From NCBI GenBank assembly GCA_019136515.1, contig JAGVUB010000164.1:14394-78393 (forward strand): a stretch of 64,000 nt of DNA. The letters are read 5' to 3'. Of the stretch, positions 1 through 8,908 are shown piece after piece. Position numbers and translations under genes: made by a program. Origin of the DNA: Verrucomicrobiota bacterium (GTDB taxonomy: Bacteria; Verrucomicrobiota; Verrucomicrobiia; Opitutales; Opitutaceae). Within the stretch, counting starts at the first letter, position 1, and every line of letters starts with the position of its first letter. Under the pieces are notes generated by a model. The model was not told where the DNA came from and did not search any database. It saw only the letters and a program-made list of their open reading frames with translations.

Positions 1-1062
1 GGCGGCGATCCCGAGCTCGGCCGCCTCGCCGCCGAGGCCGACCGCGAGAAGATCGCGACGCTGGCCGCGCGCACCGACCTCATCTTCCTCGTTGCCGGGA
101 TGGGTGGCGGCACCGGCAGCGGCGCCGCGCCCGTCGTCGCCGAGATCTGCCGACAGGCGGGCGCGCTCGTGATCGCGTTCGTGAACCTGCCGTTCAGCTT
201 CGAGGGCGGCCGCCGTCTCAAACAGGCCGAGGAGGGTCTCGCCGAGCTCCGCCGTTGCTGCGACGCGGTGATCCCGCTCCCCAACGACATGCTCATGCAG
301 GTCGGCGCCGAGGGGCAGAGCGCGCTCGACTCCTTCGCCCTCGCCGACGAGTGGATCGGCCGCGGCGTGAAGAGCCTCTGGGCAATGCTGCACCGCACCG
401 GCCTCATCAACCTCGACTACGCCACGCTCCGCCAGGCCTTCGCGCAGAAGAGCGGCAAGACCCTCTTCGGCCTCGGCACCGGCTCCGGCGAGAACGCCGT
501 GACCGACGTCGTCGAGAGCCTCAAGCAGTGCCCGCTGCTCCACACCCCCGAGTTCTCCCGCAAGGCCGACCGCCTGCTGGTCAACATCGTGGGCGGGCCC
601 GAGCTCACCCTTTCCTGCGTCAATGACATCATGGCCGCCGTCTCCGAACAATACGGACGCGACGCCCACATCTTCCTCGGCGCTGTGATCGACGAGCAGC
701 TCGCGGGCAGGATCGAGGTCTGCATCATCGGCACCTCCGACGTGAGCCGCACCGGGGTGCGCCGCGGAGTGGCCACGGTGGTACCCTCGGCCGAGGCGGC
801 CAAGCTGCCGTTGCAGGAGACTCCCGTGCGCGCGAAGGCGGGCGCGGCGGCGAAGCGGCCCTCGGCCGAGAGTGGGCAGTTGCCGTTGGCCGGCGGCGAC
901 GCCGTGCCCGCGAAGGCCCCGGTGAAGCAGGACGAGTTCGCCTTCGGCGGATTGGAGCCCGATACCCGCGGCTGGTTCGACAACACGGACCGCAATCTCT
1001 TCGAAGGACAGGACCTCGACGTGCCCACCTACCTGCGCAAGGGGATCAAGATCGTGCTGTGA
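1..1062 (+). CDS. ftsZ: Cell division GTPase FtsZ, 5'-truncated at the window edge
   Basis: Frame 1 is open from nt 1. It contains the tubulin signature GGGTGSGAAPVVA, followed by a Pro/Ala-rich linker and the conserved C-terminal peptide DLDVPTYLRKG. Confidence 0.95.
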   Translation, partial: GGDPELGRLAAEADREKIATLAARTDLIFLVAGMGGGTGSGAAPVVAEICRQAGALVIAFVNLPFSFEGGRRLKQAEEGLAELRRCCDAVIPLPNDMLMQVGAEGQSALDSFALADEWIGRGVKSLWAMLHRTGLINLDYATLRQAFAQKSGKTLFGLGTGSGENAVTDVVESLKQCPLLHTPEFSRKADRLLVNIVGGPELTLSCVNDIMAAVSEQYGRDAHIFLGAVIDEQLAGRIEVCIIGTSDVSRTGVRRGVATVVPSAEAAKLPLQETPVRAKAGAAAKRPSAESGQLPLAGGDAVPAKAPVKQDEFAFGGLEPDTRGWFDNTDRNLFEGQDLDVPTYLRKGIKIVL

Positions 1063-1168
1063 GGCGGGGACGGTGCCCCTCCCGCGGGCCTGCTTTGATC
1101 TCTGCGAGCGTGCTCTGTCCGGCCACCCGTCCGGCCGGAGCGCTGGTCTGACGGTTTCGCTTACCCCA

Positions 1169-1849
1169 ATGAAACGCCTCTACGATTTCATCACCAAGGC
1201 CAATCAGGTCTTTCTTTTCCTGGCGGCGATGGCGCTCGTCGGTCTCGCTACCTACAAGATCATCGCCGAGTGCTCCCGTGAAGAGTGGGGCGGCCCGCAG
1301 GTGCCGATTGCCGCAATTGAAGAACGTGGGAAGATCAAGATCGACGACATCCGCTGTCTGGGGAAGCACGCCGACTACTATGTCTTTGGCGTCATCAAGG
1401 GAATGGTCGATGCGCGTTATGAAGCCGACGGCGACCTCTCTTCCGCCGCCTCGAAGATCACCGGGTCGGGTGGCGGGGCCGCGGAGATGGTGAACGTACT
1501 TTTCGTTTCTGCCGGCGGGCCTCCGCGTTCGTTGATGAAGTCCGACGGATTGGTGCTTTCGTACGATCTGGCGTCACAGCGGACGAACGAGGGATTCCGG
1601 TTTCACCGATTCTATTGCATAACTGAGGACACGAACGGAGATCACCTCCTGGACCGGAAGGATCGCCGCGATCTTTACGTTGTGGACCTGAGTCTGGAGC
1701 GAGCCGACATGGTGCTCAGCGATGCTGGTTCAGTTGAGGCGGTGAGCCCAACGGCGCTTCTATTGAAGAACACCGACGCAGACGGGGTGATTCATTTCAT
1801 CGAAGTAGACTGCGAGGCGCGGACGCAGAAGGAGATCGTTTGGAAGTAG
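1169..1849 (+). CDS. Hypothetical membrane-anchored protein
   Basis: ATG at 1169 (MKRLYDF...) precedes one hydrophobic helix (VFLFLAAMALVGLATYKII). I recognise no family. The start was chosen inside the longer ORF 1073..1849. Confidence 0.5.
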   Translation: MKRLYDFITKANQVFLFLAAMALVGLATYKIIAECSREEWGGPQVPIAAIEERGKIKIDDIRCLGKHADYYVFGVIKGMVDARYEADGDLSSAASKITGSGGGAAEMVNVLFVSAGGPPRSLMKSDGLVLSYDLASQRTNEGFRFHRFYCITEDTNGDHLLDRKDRRDLYVVDLSLERADMVLSDAGSVEAVSPTALLLKNTDADGVIHFIEVDCEARTQKEIVWK

Positions 1850-1925
1850 CCCGATGAGTGCCTTCGTACGAGCGCCGGTTGGGCGCTTCGCTTGACGTTA
1901 TAACATCCGTGGCCACGCTGCGGGC

Positions 1926-2153
1926 ATGGCGATCAAGCTCAAGGTCCGGAAGGTCGGCAATTCCCTCGGTGTCATCCTGCCCAAGGAGGCCCTTGCGGCG
2001 ATGAAGGTCGAGGAAGGCCAGGCGCTCTACCTCACCGAGTCGCCCGACGGCTACCGCGTGACCAAGGGCGACACGGAGTTCGAGCAGAAGATGGCCGTGG
2101 TGAAGAGCCTGAGCGTCCGGTACCGCAACGCACTGCGCGAACTCGCGAAATGA
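1926..2153 (+). CDS. AbrB/MazE/SpoVT-type antitoxin
   Basis: 75 aa. The N-terminus KVRKVGNSLGVILPKEAL is the typical swapped-hairpin AbrB-like motif. It overlaps the downstream Doc gene by 4 nt. Confidence 0.8.
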   Translation: MAIKLKVRKVGNSLGVILPKEALAAMKVEEGQALYLTESPDGYRVTKGDTEFEQKMAVVKSLSVRYRNALRELAK

Positions 2154-2548
2154 AAGAGCCGGTCTGGTTCGATCGGACGGACTGTCTCGCCATCCACGAA
2201 GCGATGCTCGCGCAACACGGCGGTCTCGCAGGAGTGCGCGATGAGAACATGCTGGAGTCGGCACTGGCGAAACCGCAGCACAACTTCGCATATGGGAAAC
2301 GGGATCTGGCCGATCTCGCAGCGGCCTATGCTGCGGGCATCGTGCTCAACCATCCGTTTATCGACGGCAACAAACGCACGGGGTTCATGACTGCGATGGC
2401 GTTCCTCGAGTTCAACGGCCTCGAGTTTTCCGCCACCGAGGTCGAGGCCGTGCTCCGGACCCTCGCGCTGGCCGCGGGTGCGCTGGACGAGAAGGGCTAC
2501 GCGGCGTGGCTGCGGCAGAACTCGCGGAGACCCCGCCGGCGGCGTTGA
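2150..2548 (+). CDS. doc: Doc (death-on-curing) / Fic-family toxin
   Basis: 132 aa with the Fic/Doc core motif HPFIDGNKRTG. It shares an ATGA-type overlap with the upstream antitoxin. Confidence 0.85.
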   Translation: MKEPVWFDRTDCLAIHEAMLAQHGGLAGVRDENMLESALAKPQHNFAYGKRDLADLAAAYAAGIVLNHPFIDGNKRTGFMTAMAFLEFNGLEFSATEVEAVLRTLALAAGALDEKGYAAWLRQNSRRPRRRR

Positions 2549-2560
2549 CGGCGCCCGCGC

Positions 2561-3601
2561 CTAATCCTGCAGCCCTTCGGCGGCAGGCGGGGGCGACGGG
2601 ATCCGGGGCTCCGGCGGCGCGGAGGGCTCCGGCTCTTCCGCGACCGGCTCGACCGGCTGCTGGGCGCTCATGAACGCGATCAGGCGCTCGTTGAACTCCT
2701 TGGCCGGATCGCGCCCCATCTTCTTGAGCGCCTGCACGAGCGCGGCCACCTCGACGAGGCGGGCGATGTCGCGCCCGGGCCGGACGTGGATCTCGATGTG
2801 GGGAACGTGGATACCGAGGATCTTGTAGAAGCTCTCCTCGAGGCCGGTGCGCTCCTCCTCCACGTCGGGGCGCCAGTCCTGGAGGGTGATGACCATCTCG
2901 AGGCGCACCTCGGGGCGGATGCTGCGCACGCCGAACATCTCCGCGACGTTGATGATGCCGATGCCGCGGCACTCCATGTAGCCGCGATTCAGGGGCAGGC
3001 TGGAGGCGATCAGCTCGCGCTCATCGAGGACGCGGATGTGGGTGAGGTCGTCGGCGACGAGGCTGTGGCCGCGTTCGATGATCGCCAGGGCGGCCTCGCT
3101 CTTGCCGACGCCGCTGTGCCCGCGGATCATCACGCCGACGCCCTCGATGCTGAGCGTCGTGCCGTGCTCGGTGGTCTGGCGGGCGAACTCGGCGTCGATG
3201 CACATCGTCGAGATGTTGACGAAGTGCATCGTGATGAGCGGGGTGCGGTAGAGCGGCAGCTTCCGTTCGCGGGCGACGGTGAGCATGCTCTTGGGCGGGA
3301 GCAGATTGCGGGTGAGCACGACGCAGGGGATGCCGCGGTCGGCCATCGCATGCATCATCTCCTCCTGCCGGTGGGGCGGCAGGGTCTTGAAGTACGTCAT
3401 CTCGGTCGAGCCCACGACTTGGATGCGTTTGTTCGCGAAATACTTGTAGAACCCGGTGAGCGCGAGGGCCGGCCGGTTGATGCTGGGTTCGCGGATCTGG
3501 CGATGGACGCCCTCGCTGCCGGCGATCAACTCGGTCTTCAGCTTGGTCCCGTATTTCGCAAAGAAATCGGCGACGGAAACGGCGGTGACGGCTTTCGGCA
3601 T
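2561..3601 (-). CDS. hprK: HPr kinase/phosphorylase
   Basis: Walker A GHSGVGKSEAAL followed by ERGHSLVADD, with HprK-like overall length plus a Pro-rich C-terminal tail. Confidence 0.9.
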   Translation of the reverse strand: MPKAVTAVSVADFFAKYGTKLKTELIAGSEGVHRQIREPSINRPALALTGFYKYFANKRIQVVGSTEMTYFKTLPPHRQEEMMHAMADRGIPCVVLTRNLLPPKSMLTVARERKLPLYRTPLITMHFVNISTMCIDAEFARQTTEHGTTLSIEGVGVMIRGHSGVGKSEAALAIIERGHSLVADDLTHIRVLDERELIASSLPLNRGYMECRGIGIINVAEMFGVRSIRPEVRLEMVITLQDWRPDVEEERTGLEESFYKILGIHVPHIEIHVRPGRDIARLVEVAALVQALKKMGRDPAKEFNERLIAFMSAQQPVEPVAEEPEPSAPPEPRIPSPPPAAEGLQD

Positions 3602-3702
3602 GGGGTGGGGCGGATTGGCGTTCGCAAGCTAGTGGGCTGGAGCTGAAACGGAAGCGTGAAGTGGCGAGTGTGGCGTGCTGCGGGCTTCTCGGGTGGGTGG
3701 GG

Positions 3703-6700
3703 TCAGGGTTGGCCGGAGGTCAGGCGCTCGCGGGCGGCGTGGATCTCCCCGGTGAGGAACGGGAGCAGCTTGCCGACGGAGTCCCAGTCCGCGCCTTCGG
3801 CGGCGGCTTCGAGCACACCGAACTGCTCGGCCAGGTTGTCCTCGCCGGCGAGCAGGAGCAGGGAGCGGAGGGCGTGGGCGGCGCGGCCGGTGCGGGGATC
3901 GCGCAGGCGGGCCTGCGCCTCGGCCTGCTGCCAGCCGGTGCCCAGGTCGGCGGCCAACTGGGCGAGGGTGGGCGCCAGCTCGCCCAGCATGGCCAGGGCC
4001 GGGGGCAGGCCCCGGGCGGGGGCGAGGTCGAGCGAGGGGCGCGGCCGCGGCCCGGTATCGAGCTCGTGGATCACCTGCGCGAGTTTCTCGCGCGTGACCG
4101 GCTTGGTGACGAACCCGGCCATGCCGGCGGCGCGGGCGGCGGCGAGTTTCTCGGCCGAGGAGTAGGCGGTGACGGCGACGATGGGCGGGCGCGGCGGCGG
4201 GAGCACCGCGAGCAGTTGGCGGCACAGTTCGTCGCCGTTGATGTCCGGCAGCCTCCAGTCGGTGAGGACGAGGTCGTAGGGCTGGCGGCGGGCGAGCTGG
4301 AGCGCGGAGGCGCCATCGGTCGCCCAGTCGACCTCGTAGCCGAGCGAGCGCAGGGCGTGGCCGAGGGCGAGCCGGTTGTAGTCCTCGTCCTCGATGGCGA
4401 GCGCGCGCGAGACGACGGCGACCGGCCCCGTGTCGCTGGCCGGCGCGGCGCTGGCCGGCAGCGCCAACTCGAGGGCGAACTCGGTGGTGCCGTCGCGGCT
4501 GGCGGCCGTCATGCGGCCGCCCATGCGCTCGGCGAGCCGGCGGCAGACGGCCAGGCCGAGGCCGAAGCCGGGGGTGCCCTCGGTGCCGGCGCCGCGGCGG
4601 AACGACTCGAAGAGGCGGGGCAGGTCGGCGGCGGGGATGGTCGGGCCGGCGTTGTGGACGGCGAGGCGCAGCCGGAACCTGCCCCCGGGCTCGGGGGTGA
4701 GCCGGAGCTCGATCCCGGCCTCGCGCGGCCGGCCGTACTTGAGCGCGTTGGAGACGAGGTTGCAGACGATCTGCCGGATCTTGCCGGTGTCGCCCTCGAG
4801 CCATTGCGGGGTCTCGGGCAGTTGCAGGGCGCAGGATTCCAGCAGCGGGTCCATCACGCGCACGGCCTCCTCGACCAGCGCGCAGGCCTCGAACGGGGCG
4901 GGGTGGAGCGCCGTCGCGCCGCGGTCGATGAGGGAGAAGTCCAATACATCGTCGAGCATGGAGCGCAGCTGCTCGGCGCAACCGGAGAGGACCTGCACGA
5001 AGTTGCGCTCGCGCGGGCCGAGTTCGGAGTCCTGGAGGATGGCGCAGATGCCGACGACGCCGTTGAGCGGGTTGCGGATCTCGTGGCTGACGCTGGCGAG
5101 GAACTCCTCCTTGGCGGCGTTGGCCTTGCGGAGCTGCGCGGTGCGTTGTTCGACCGCGGCCTCGAGGGCGCGTTTCTGCCGGAGCAGATGCCGGGTGCGC
5201 AGGCGGGTGAACCACCACACGGCGGCGGCGAGCAACAGGAACTCGAGGACGAGGGCCCAGGGCCGCAGCGGCAGCGGGTAGGGGCGATCCACGGCGAGCT
5301 CGCGCCGGGTCGCGAGTCCGTGGCGCTCGGCGACGAGTGCGAGGTGGTTGCGTCCCCAGTTGACGGGGATGGTCAGGGGCACGCCCGGGTGGGCCTCGGT
5401 CCAGGCGCCGTTCGGGAGGCGCACCCGATAGCCGGTCGGCGTCGAGGCCGGGGCCTCCCAGCGGCCGGGCACGAGCACCACCTGACCGTTGTTGTGCAGG
5501 GGAAGGGCGTGGCGGAGGCCCCGGTCGGCCCCGTTCCAGTGCCAGGTGGGGGCGGGGGGTGTCGCGAACCTCAGCGGCATCCTGATCTCGAGTACGCCGT
5601 GCCGTCCGCCGATGTAGAGGTGCCCGGAGTCGGCGGAGAGGGCTTCGGCGTCGACTGTGGCGAGGCCGGGGACATCGAGAGCGTTCCATACCCCGTCGGC
5701 GAGGCAGCCGAGCACGGGCGGGCCATCGGGGCGGGTGGCGAGCACCGCGAGTTGGGAGGTGAGGCGGGTGCCGTCGGGACGCTCGACTTCGATGAGCGCG
5801 GCGTCGCGCGGATTGCCGAAGGGGACACGGCCCACCGGGCCGGTGGCGGAGTCGCGGACTTCGCCATCCCAGAACAGCAGGCAGAGGCGGTCGGATGCGA
5901 GCTGGCGGGCCTTGGCGCGGCCGGTGCCGACTTGGGCGACGCGGCGGCCCGTGGTGTCGAAAGTTTGGATTCCGTCGGCATGGGTGCCGACGAAAAAGGC
6001 GTGGGAGTCGTTGGCCAGGGAGGTGATCCCGCTCGGGAGTTCGGTGACGACCGGGGCGGGCCCGGCGGAGACGAGGACGGTGTGGCCGTAGGCGACGGCG
6101 ATGCTGTCGCCGCAGGTGGCGAGGCCGTTGAGATAGCGGGTCGGCAACTGGACGGAACGACCGTGGAGCTCAACGGTGTTGTTGGCCACGCGCAGGCCCG
6201 CCACCGCGGGCCAGAGACTGTTGGCGGCGCTGGGGGCGATGTCGCCGCATGCGACCATGCCGCGCAAGGTGACGACGCGGGCACCGCCGCGTTCGGCCTG
6301 GAGGTGGAGAATGTCGGCTTCCTCGAAGCGGGCGATGCGGACTTGATCGGGGTCGGCGAGGGCGAAGGCGCCCTGCGTGCTGCCCACCAGCAACGAGTCT
6401 TCATCGCGGGTAAGGGCATAACAGGAGCCCAAGCCGCTCCATTGCCATTCGGGGGTCGCGGCTCCGGCGCGGTAGGCGAGGAGGCCCCGCCAGTAGGTCG
6501 CACAAAGCACGACGTCGCGTTCGTGGGCGACGCCGGTCAGCCCGGCTTCATCGAGGAGCGCCGCTGAGACCGAGGACGGGAGGAGCGTCCGTCCGTCTGG
6601 TGCGATGACGCCTTCCCCGGTGAACCAAAGGTCGTCCCGCAACTGGCGGACCGGAATGCGATTGCCCAGTGCCGGCCCGGCGGACTCGACCAAGGTGCCG

Positions 6701-7242
6701 TCCGCCCAGCGGCCGGGGGCTTGGTCGGCCCAGAGCGCGAGGGTTTCCCCCCGCCAGCGGCCGAGGGTGGGATGGCCGCCGGTGGCGGAGGACTCGATCA
6801 AGCGGGCGCTCGCCTGCGGGGTGACCAACCATAGGCCGGTCGGGCCGGCGACGAGCCAGCCTTCCGGCACCGCGAGCGCCTCGGTGATCGGTGCATGCAG
6901 GCCGACGATGGACTCGAAACTGCCGCGTTCGACGAATCCCGCGCAGCCTCCGCCCGCCGCGAAGATGCGGCCATGTGCGGCGACGATTGCCTGCACCGGG
7001 CTGCCGTGGGGCGTGGCGACGATCCGCCAATCCCCCTGGGGCACGCCGAGCGCGACGCCACCTTCGAAGCCTGCACCCAGACGACCGTCGGGAAGCCGGA
7101 CCAGCGCCCAGACGGCCTTGCCCCGCATGCTCTCGGGGAGCGCGAGAGGCTCCGCCAGAGGCGTGAACGGGACGGACGCAACGCTCCGGGCACCCAGAAA
7201 AACCAGCCACAAAACCACCCGAATCCATGTGGGGCAGTGCAT
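3703..7242 (-). CDS. Hybrid sensor histidine kinase/response regulator with a large periplasmic propeller-like domain and an HPt-like tail
   Basis: Contains the HisKA H-box (FLASVSHEIRNPLNG), the HATPase G-box (GFGLGLAVCRRLAERMGG), and a REC domain (YDLVLTDWRLPDINGDE). The start was set at the internal ATG 7242 (MHCPTWIRVVLWLVFLG, signal-like) rather than the ORF maximum at 7359. Confidence 0.85.
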   Translation of the reverse strand: MHCPTWIRVVLWLVFLGARSVASVPFTPLAEPLALPESMRGKAVWALVRLPDGRLGAGFEGGVALGVPQGDWRIVATPHGSPVQAIVAAHGRIFAAGGGCAGFVERGSFESIVGLHAPITEALAVPEGWLVAGPTGLWLVTPQASARLIESSATGGHPTLGRWRGETLALWADQAPGRWADGTLVESAGPALGNRIPVRQLRDDLWFTGEGVIAPDGRTLLPSSVSAALLDEAGLTGVAHERDVVLCATYWRGLLAYRAGAATPEWQWSGLGSCYALTRDEDSLLVGSTQGAFALADPDQVRIARFEEADILHLQAERGGARVVTLRGMVACGDIAPSAANSLWPAVAGLRVANNTVELHGRSVQLPTRYLNGLATCGDSIAVAYGHTVLVSAGPAPVVTELPSGITSLANDSHAFFVGTHADGIQTFDTTGRRVAQVGTGRAKARQLASDRLCLLFWDGEVRDSATGPVGRVPFGNPRDAALIEVERPDGTRLTSQLAVLATRPDGPPVLGCLADGVWNALDVPGLATVDAEALSADSGHLYIGGRHGVLEIRMPLRFATPPAPTWHWNGADRGLRHALPLHNNGQVVLVPGRWEAPASTPTGYRVRLPNGAWTEAHPGVPLTIPVNWGRNHLALVAERHGLATRRELAVDRPYPLPLRPWALVLEFLLLAAAVWWFTRLRTRHLLRQKRALEAAVEQRTAQLRKANAAKEEFLASVSHEIRNPLNGVVGICAILQDSELGPRERNFVQVLSGCAEQLRSMLDDVLDFSLIDRGATALHPAPFEACALVEEAVRVMDPLLESCALQLPETPQWLEGDTGKIRQIVCNLVSNALKYGRPREAGIELRLTPEPGGRFRLRLAVHNAGPTIPAADLPRLFESFRRGAGTEGTPGFGLGLAVCRRLAERMGGRMTAASRDGTTEFALELALPASAAPASDTGPVAVVSRALAIEDEDYNRLALGHALRSLGYEVDWATDGASALQLARRQPYDLVLTDWRLPDINGDELCRQLLAVLPPPRPPIVAVTAYSSAEKLAAARAAGMAGFVTKPVTREKLAQVIHELDTGPRPRPSLDLAPARGLPPALAMLGELAPTLAQLAADLGTGWQQAEAQARLRDPRTGRAAHALRSLLLLAGEDNLAEQFGVLEAAAEGADWDSVGKLLPFLTGEIHAARERLTSGQP

Positions 7243-7304
7243 GGTGAAAGGGGCGGAATGATCGGTCGGCAGGGCGCCGGCGGCAACCGATTTCTCGTCG
7301 TGCC

Positions 7305-7583
7305 ATGACAAAGACCACACTGTTCGTGCTGCTCGGCGGTCTCGGCGTCGTCGCCACACCTTGGCTCTCGGATACGCTGGCGGTACCTGCCCCCGCTGAG
7401 CCGATCGCCTGGGAACAGCCTCCGGGTGTCCCGCCTTGTCCAGGAGGGGGCATCATCATCAAGGTCGGGGACGAGGTGACGCGGGGGGCGCTCGCCTGGG
7501 AGCAGCCCCCGGGGGTGCCCCCGCGCCCGGGCGGCGGCATCATCATCAAGGCTGCGGCGCCGGCCGGCGACCCGGTGGCATGA
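7305..7583 (+). CDS. Small secreted Pro/Gly-rich protein with two copies of AWEQPPGVPPxPGGGIIIK
   Basis: 92 aa with a hydrophobic N-terminus (TLFVLLGGLGVVATPW). The two 19-aa repeats differ at the DNA level mostly by synonymous third-position changes, which argues for translation. Confidence 0.6.
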   Translation: MTKTTLFVLLGGLGVVATPWLSDTLAVPAPAEPIAWEQPPGVPPCPGGGIIIKVGDEVTRGALAWEQPPGVPPRPGGGIIIKAAAPAGDPVA

Positions 7584-7601
7584 GTCCCGGGCCCTTCGTC
7601 C

Positions 7602-8483
7602 ATGGTCTCGCTCGCGGCATTGCGTTTCGGCGGCATCTTTACCGGTCGGGGCGGCCCGATCGCCCGGACCGACCTCGCCGAGTTTCCGGTGCAGCATCGG
7701 CCCCATTGGTTGGCCAACGCCTTCCTCCGGGAGGAACTGGTCCCCGGCAGCGCCGGAGCGTCGCTCTATGGCCCGGCCGACGGCACCGCCATTGCCCGCT
7801 CGGCGATCACAGCGAGTCGCACCGCCATCGCGGAGGCGTTGGCCCGTTGGGCGTATCTGGCCGTCTACGACAGTCCGGTGGCGGGACGTTTCGGGTTCCT
7901 CGACGACGGCAGCTCGAACGGGATGGCGGCCTTCCCCGGCCTTTTCCGGCACCAGGCCCAAGCACTGGCCCGCGCCGAGGCGATCAAGCACCACACACTG
8001 GTCTCCTGGTGGGATGGCCGGCTGCCGGCCGAGCCGGTCGCCTCGCCGTATGCCGGGGTCGAGGCTCTCCGACTCCACCACGACGCCGGCCCCGGCGAGG
8101 TGGTGGTGCTCTTCCGCCGGACTCGTGCCGGTTATGCGTACGGTCACGCCTATGGCCCGCGGCTCGGGGCGGCGCTGGACCAGGCGGCGATCGCACTGGC
8201 GCGGGCTGAACACGTGCTCGCCGCCTACCGCGCGAAGGGTGGGCTGGCGGCGCCGGCGAACTTCCTCGAACGGCGGATGCTGCATTTCGCGGGCGAGGAG
8301 GGGGCGGAGCGGTTTTGCCGGCGCTTGTTGGCCAAACCCTCCAGACCGGCGCTGCCGTTTCGCACGCTCTTCGACGGCGAGATCCCCGGCCCGTGGGCCC
8401 GGTGGGCGACGGTGTGGCGTTGCTGCGCCCGCATGCCGACCGACGAGTATCTCGAGCCCGGCGCGGACTTCTTTTTCTGGTGA
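7602..8483 (+). CDS. Hypothetical protein, possibly a divergent YcaO-like fold
   Basis: 293 aa, starting 18 nt after the repeat-peptide gene. The segments AIAEALARWAY and SSNGMAAFPG...ARAEAIKHH resemble the two YcaO motifs (xxEAxER, SNGxAxG...ExxERD), but the second acidic residue is missing in both. Confidence 0.45.
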   Translation: MVSLAALRFGGIFTGRGGPIARTDLAEFPVQHRPHWLANAFLREELVPGSAGASLYGPADGTAIARSAITASRTAIAEALARWAYLAVYDSPVAGRFGFLDDGSSNGMAAFPGLFRHQAQALARAEAIKHHTLVSWWDGRLPAEPVASPYAGVEALRLHHDAGPGEVVVLFRRTRAGYAYGHAYGPRLGAALDQAAIALARAEHVLAAYRAKGGLAAPANFLERRMLHFAGEEGAERFCRRLLAKPSRPALPFRTLFDGEIPGPWARWATVWRCCARMPTDEYLEPGADFFFW

Positions 8484-8720
8484 CAACTTGGGGGACGCGC
8501 TGATCGCTCCGGGGTGCTCGATCTGTGGGGCGAGCTCCCGCTTCGGCGCGGCGCGTCCCCCTCCCTGTCCGGGGTGGGCGCAGGGGGCGTGGCACGACAC
8601 TGTGGGCGGCGCGGTGGCGGGCGCAGGCGGCGAATGACCGCGGGAGGACCGCGCCGGACCGTTTGTCGCGACTTCCGACCGTCCAATGGGCGGGGGCTGC
8701 AATGTGCGGCCGGCTTGGGT

Positions 8721-8903
8721 ATGCCGGTCGCGATGGAAATCCCTCCGCCCGTTTCTGGCTGGATCGTCCTGGCAGGGGCGCTCGGCGCCGCCGCCGGGGT
8801 GGCCGGGGGCGTTCTTGTCGCCGTGGTCTGGATTGTCGCCCGGGCGCTTCGCGCGGAGATGTGCGCCGCCGCCGCAGCGGCGGGACTGCGCCGCGACGAC
8901 TGA
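8721..8903 (+). CDS. Possible small single-pass membrane protein
   Basis: 60-aa ORF with a strong TM helix (GWIVLAGALGAAAGVAGGVLVAVVWIV). It ends 5 nt before the kinase ATG. It is part of a longer ORF from 8514 whose upstream part looks non-coding. Confidence 0.3.
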   Translation: MPVAMEIPPPVSGWIVLAGALGAAAGVAGGVLVAVVWIVARALRAEMCAAAAAAGLRRDD

Positions 8904-8908
8904 CGCGC

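Noticed and set aside
3629-6567. Very long ORFs (686 aa on the minus strand, 968 aa on the plus strand) overlapping the hybrid kinase gene
   Set aside because: Their translations are Arg/Pro/Gly/Ala low-complexity strings typical of off-frame or antisense reading of high-GC genes. The 3703..7242 frame carries all recognisable kinase and receiver motifs.
8514-8720. N-terminal part of the 129-aa ORF upstream of the kinase
   Set aside because: It is an Arg/Gly-rich translation with no hydrophobic or structured character. Only the distal 60 codons (8721..8903) look plausibly coding, and even that call has low confidence.
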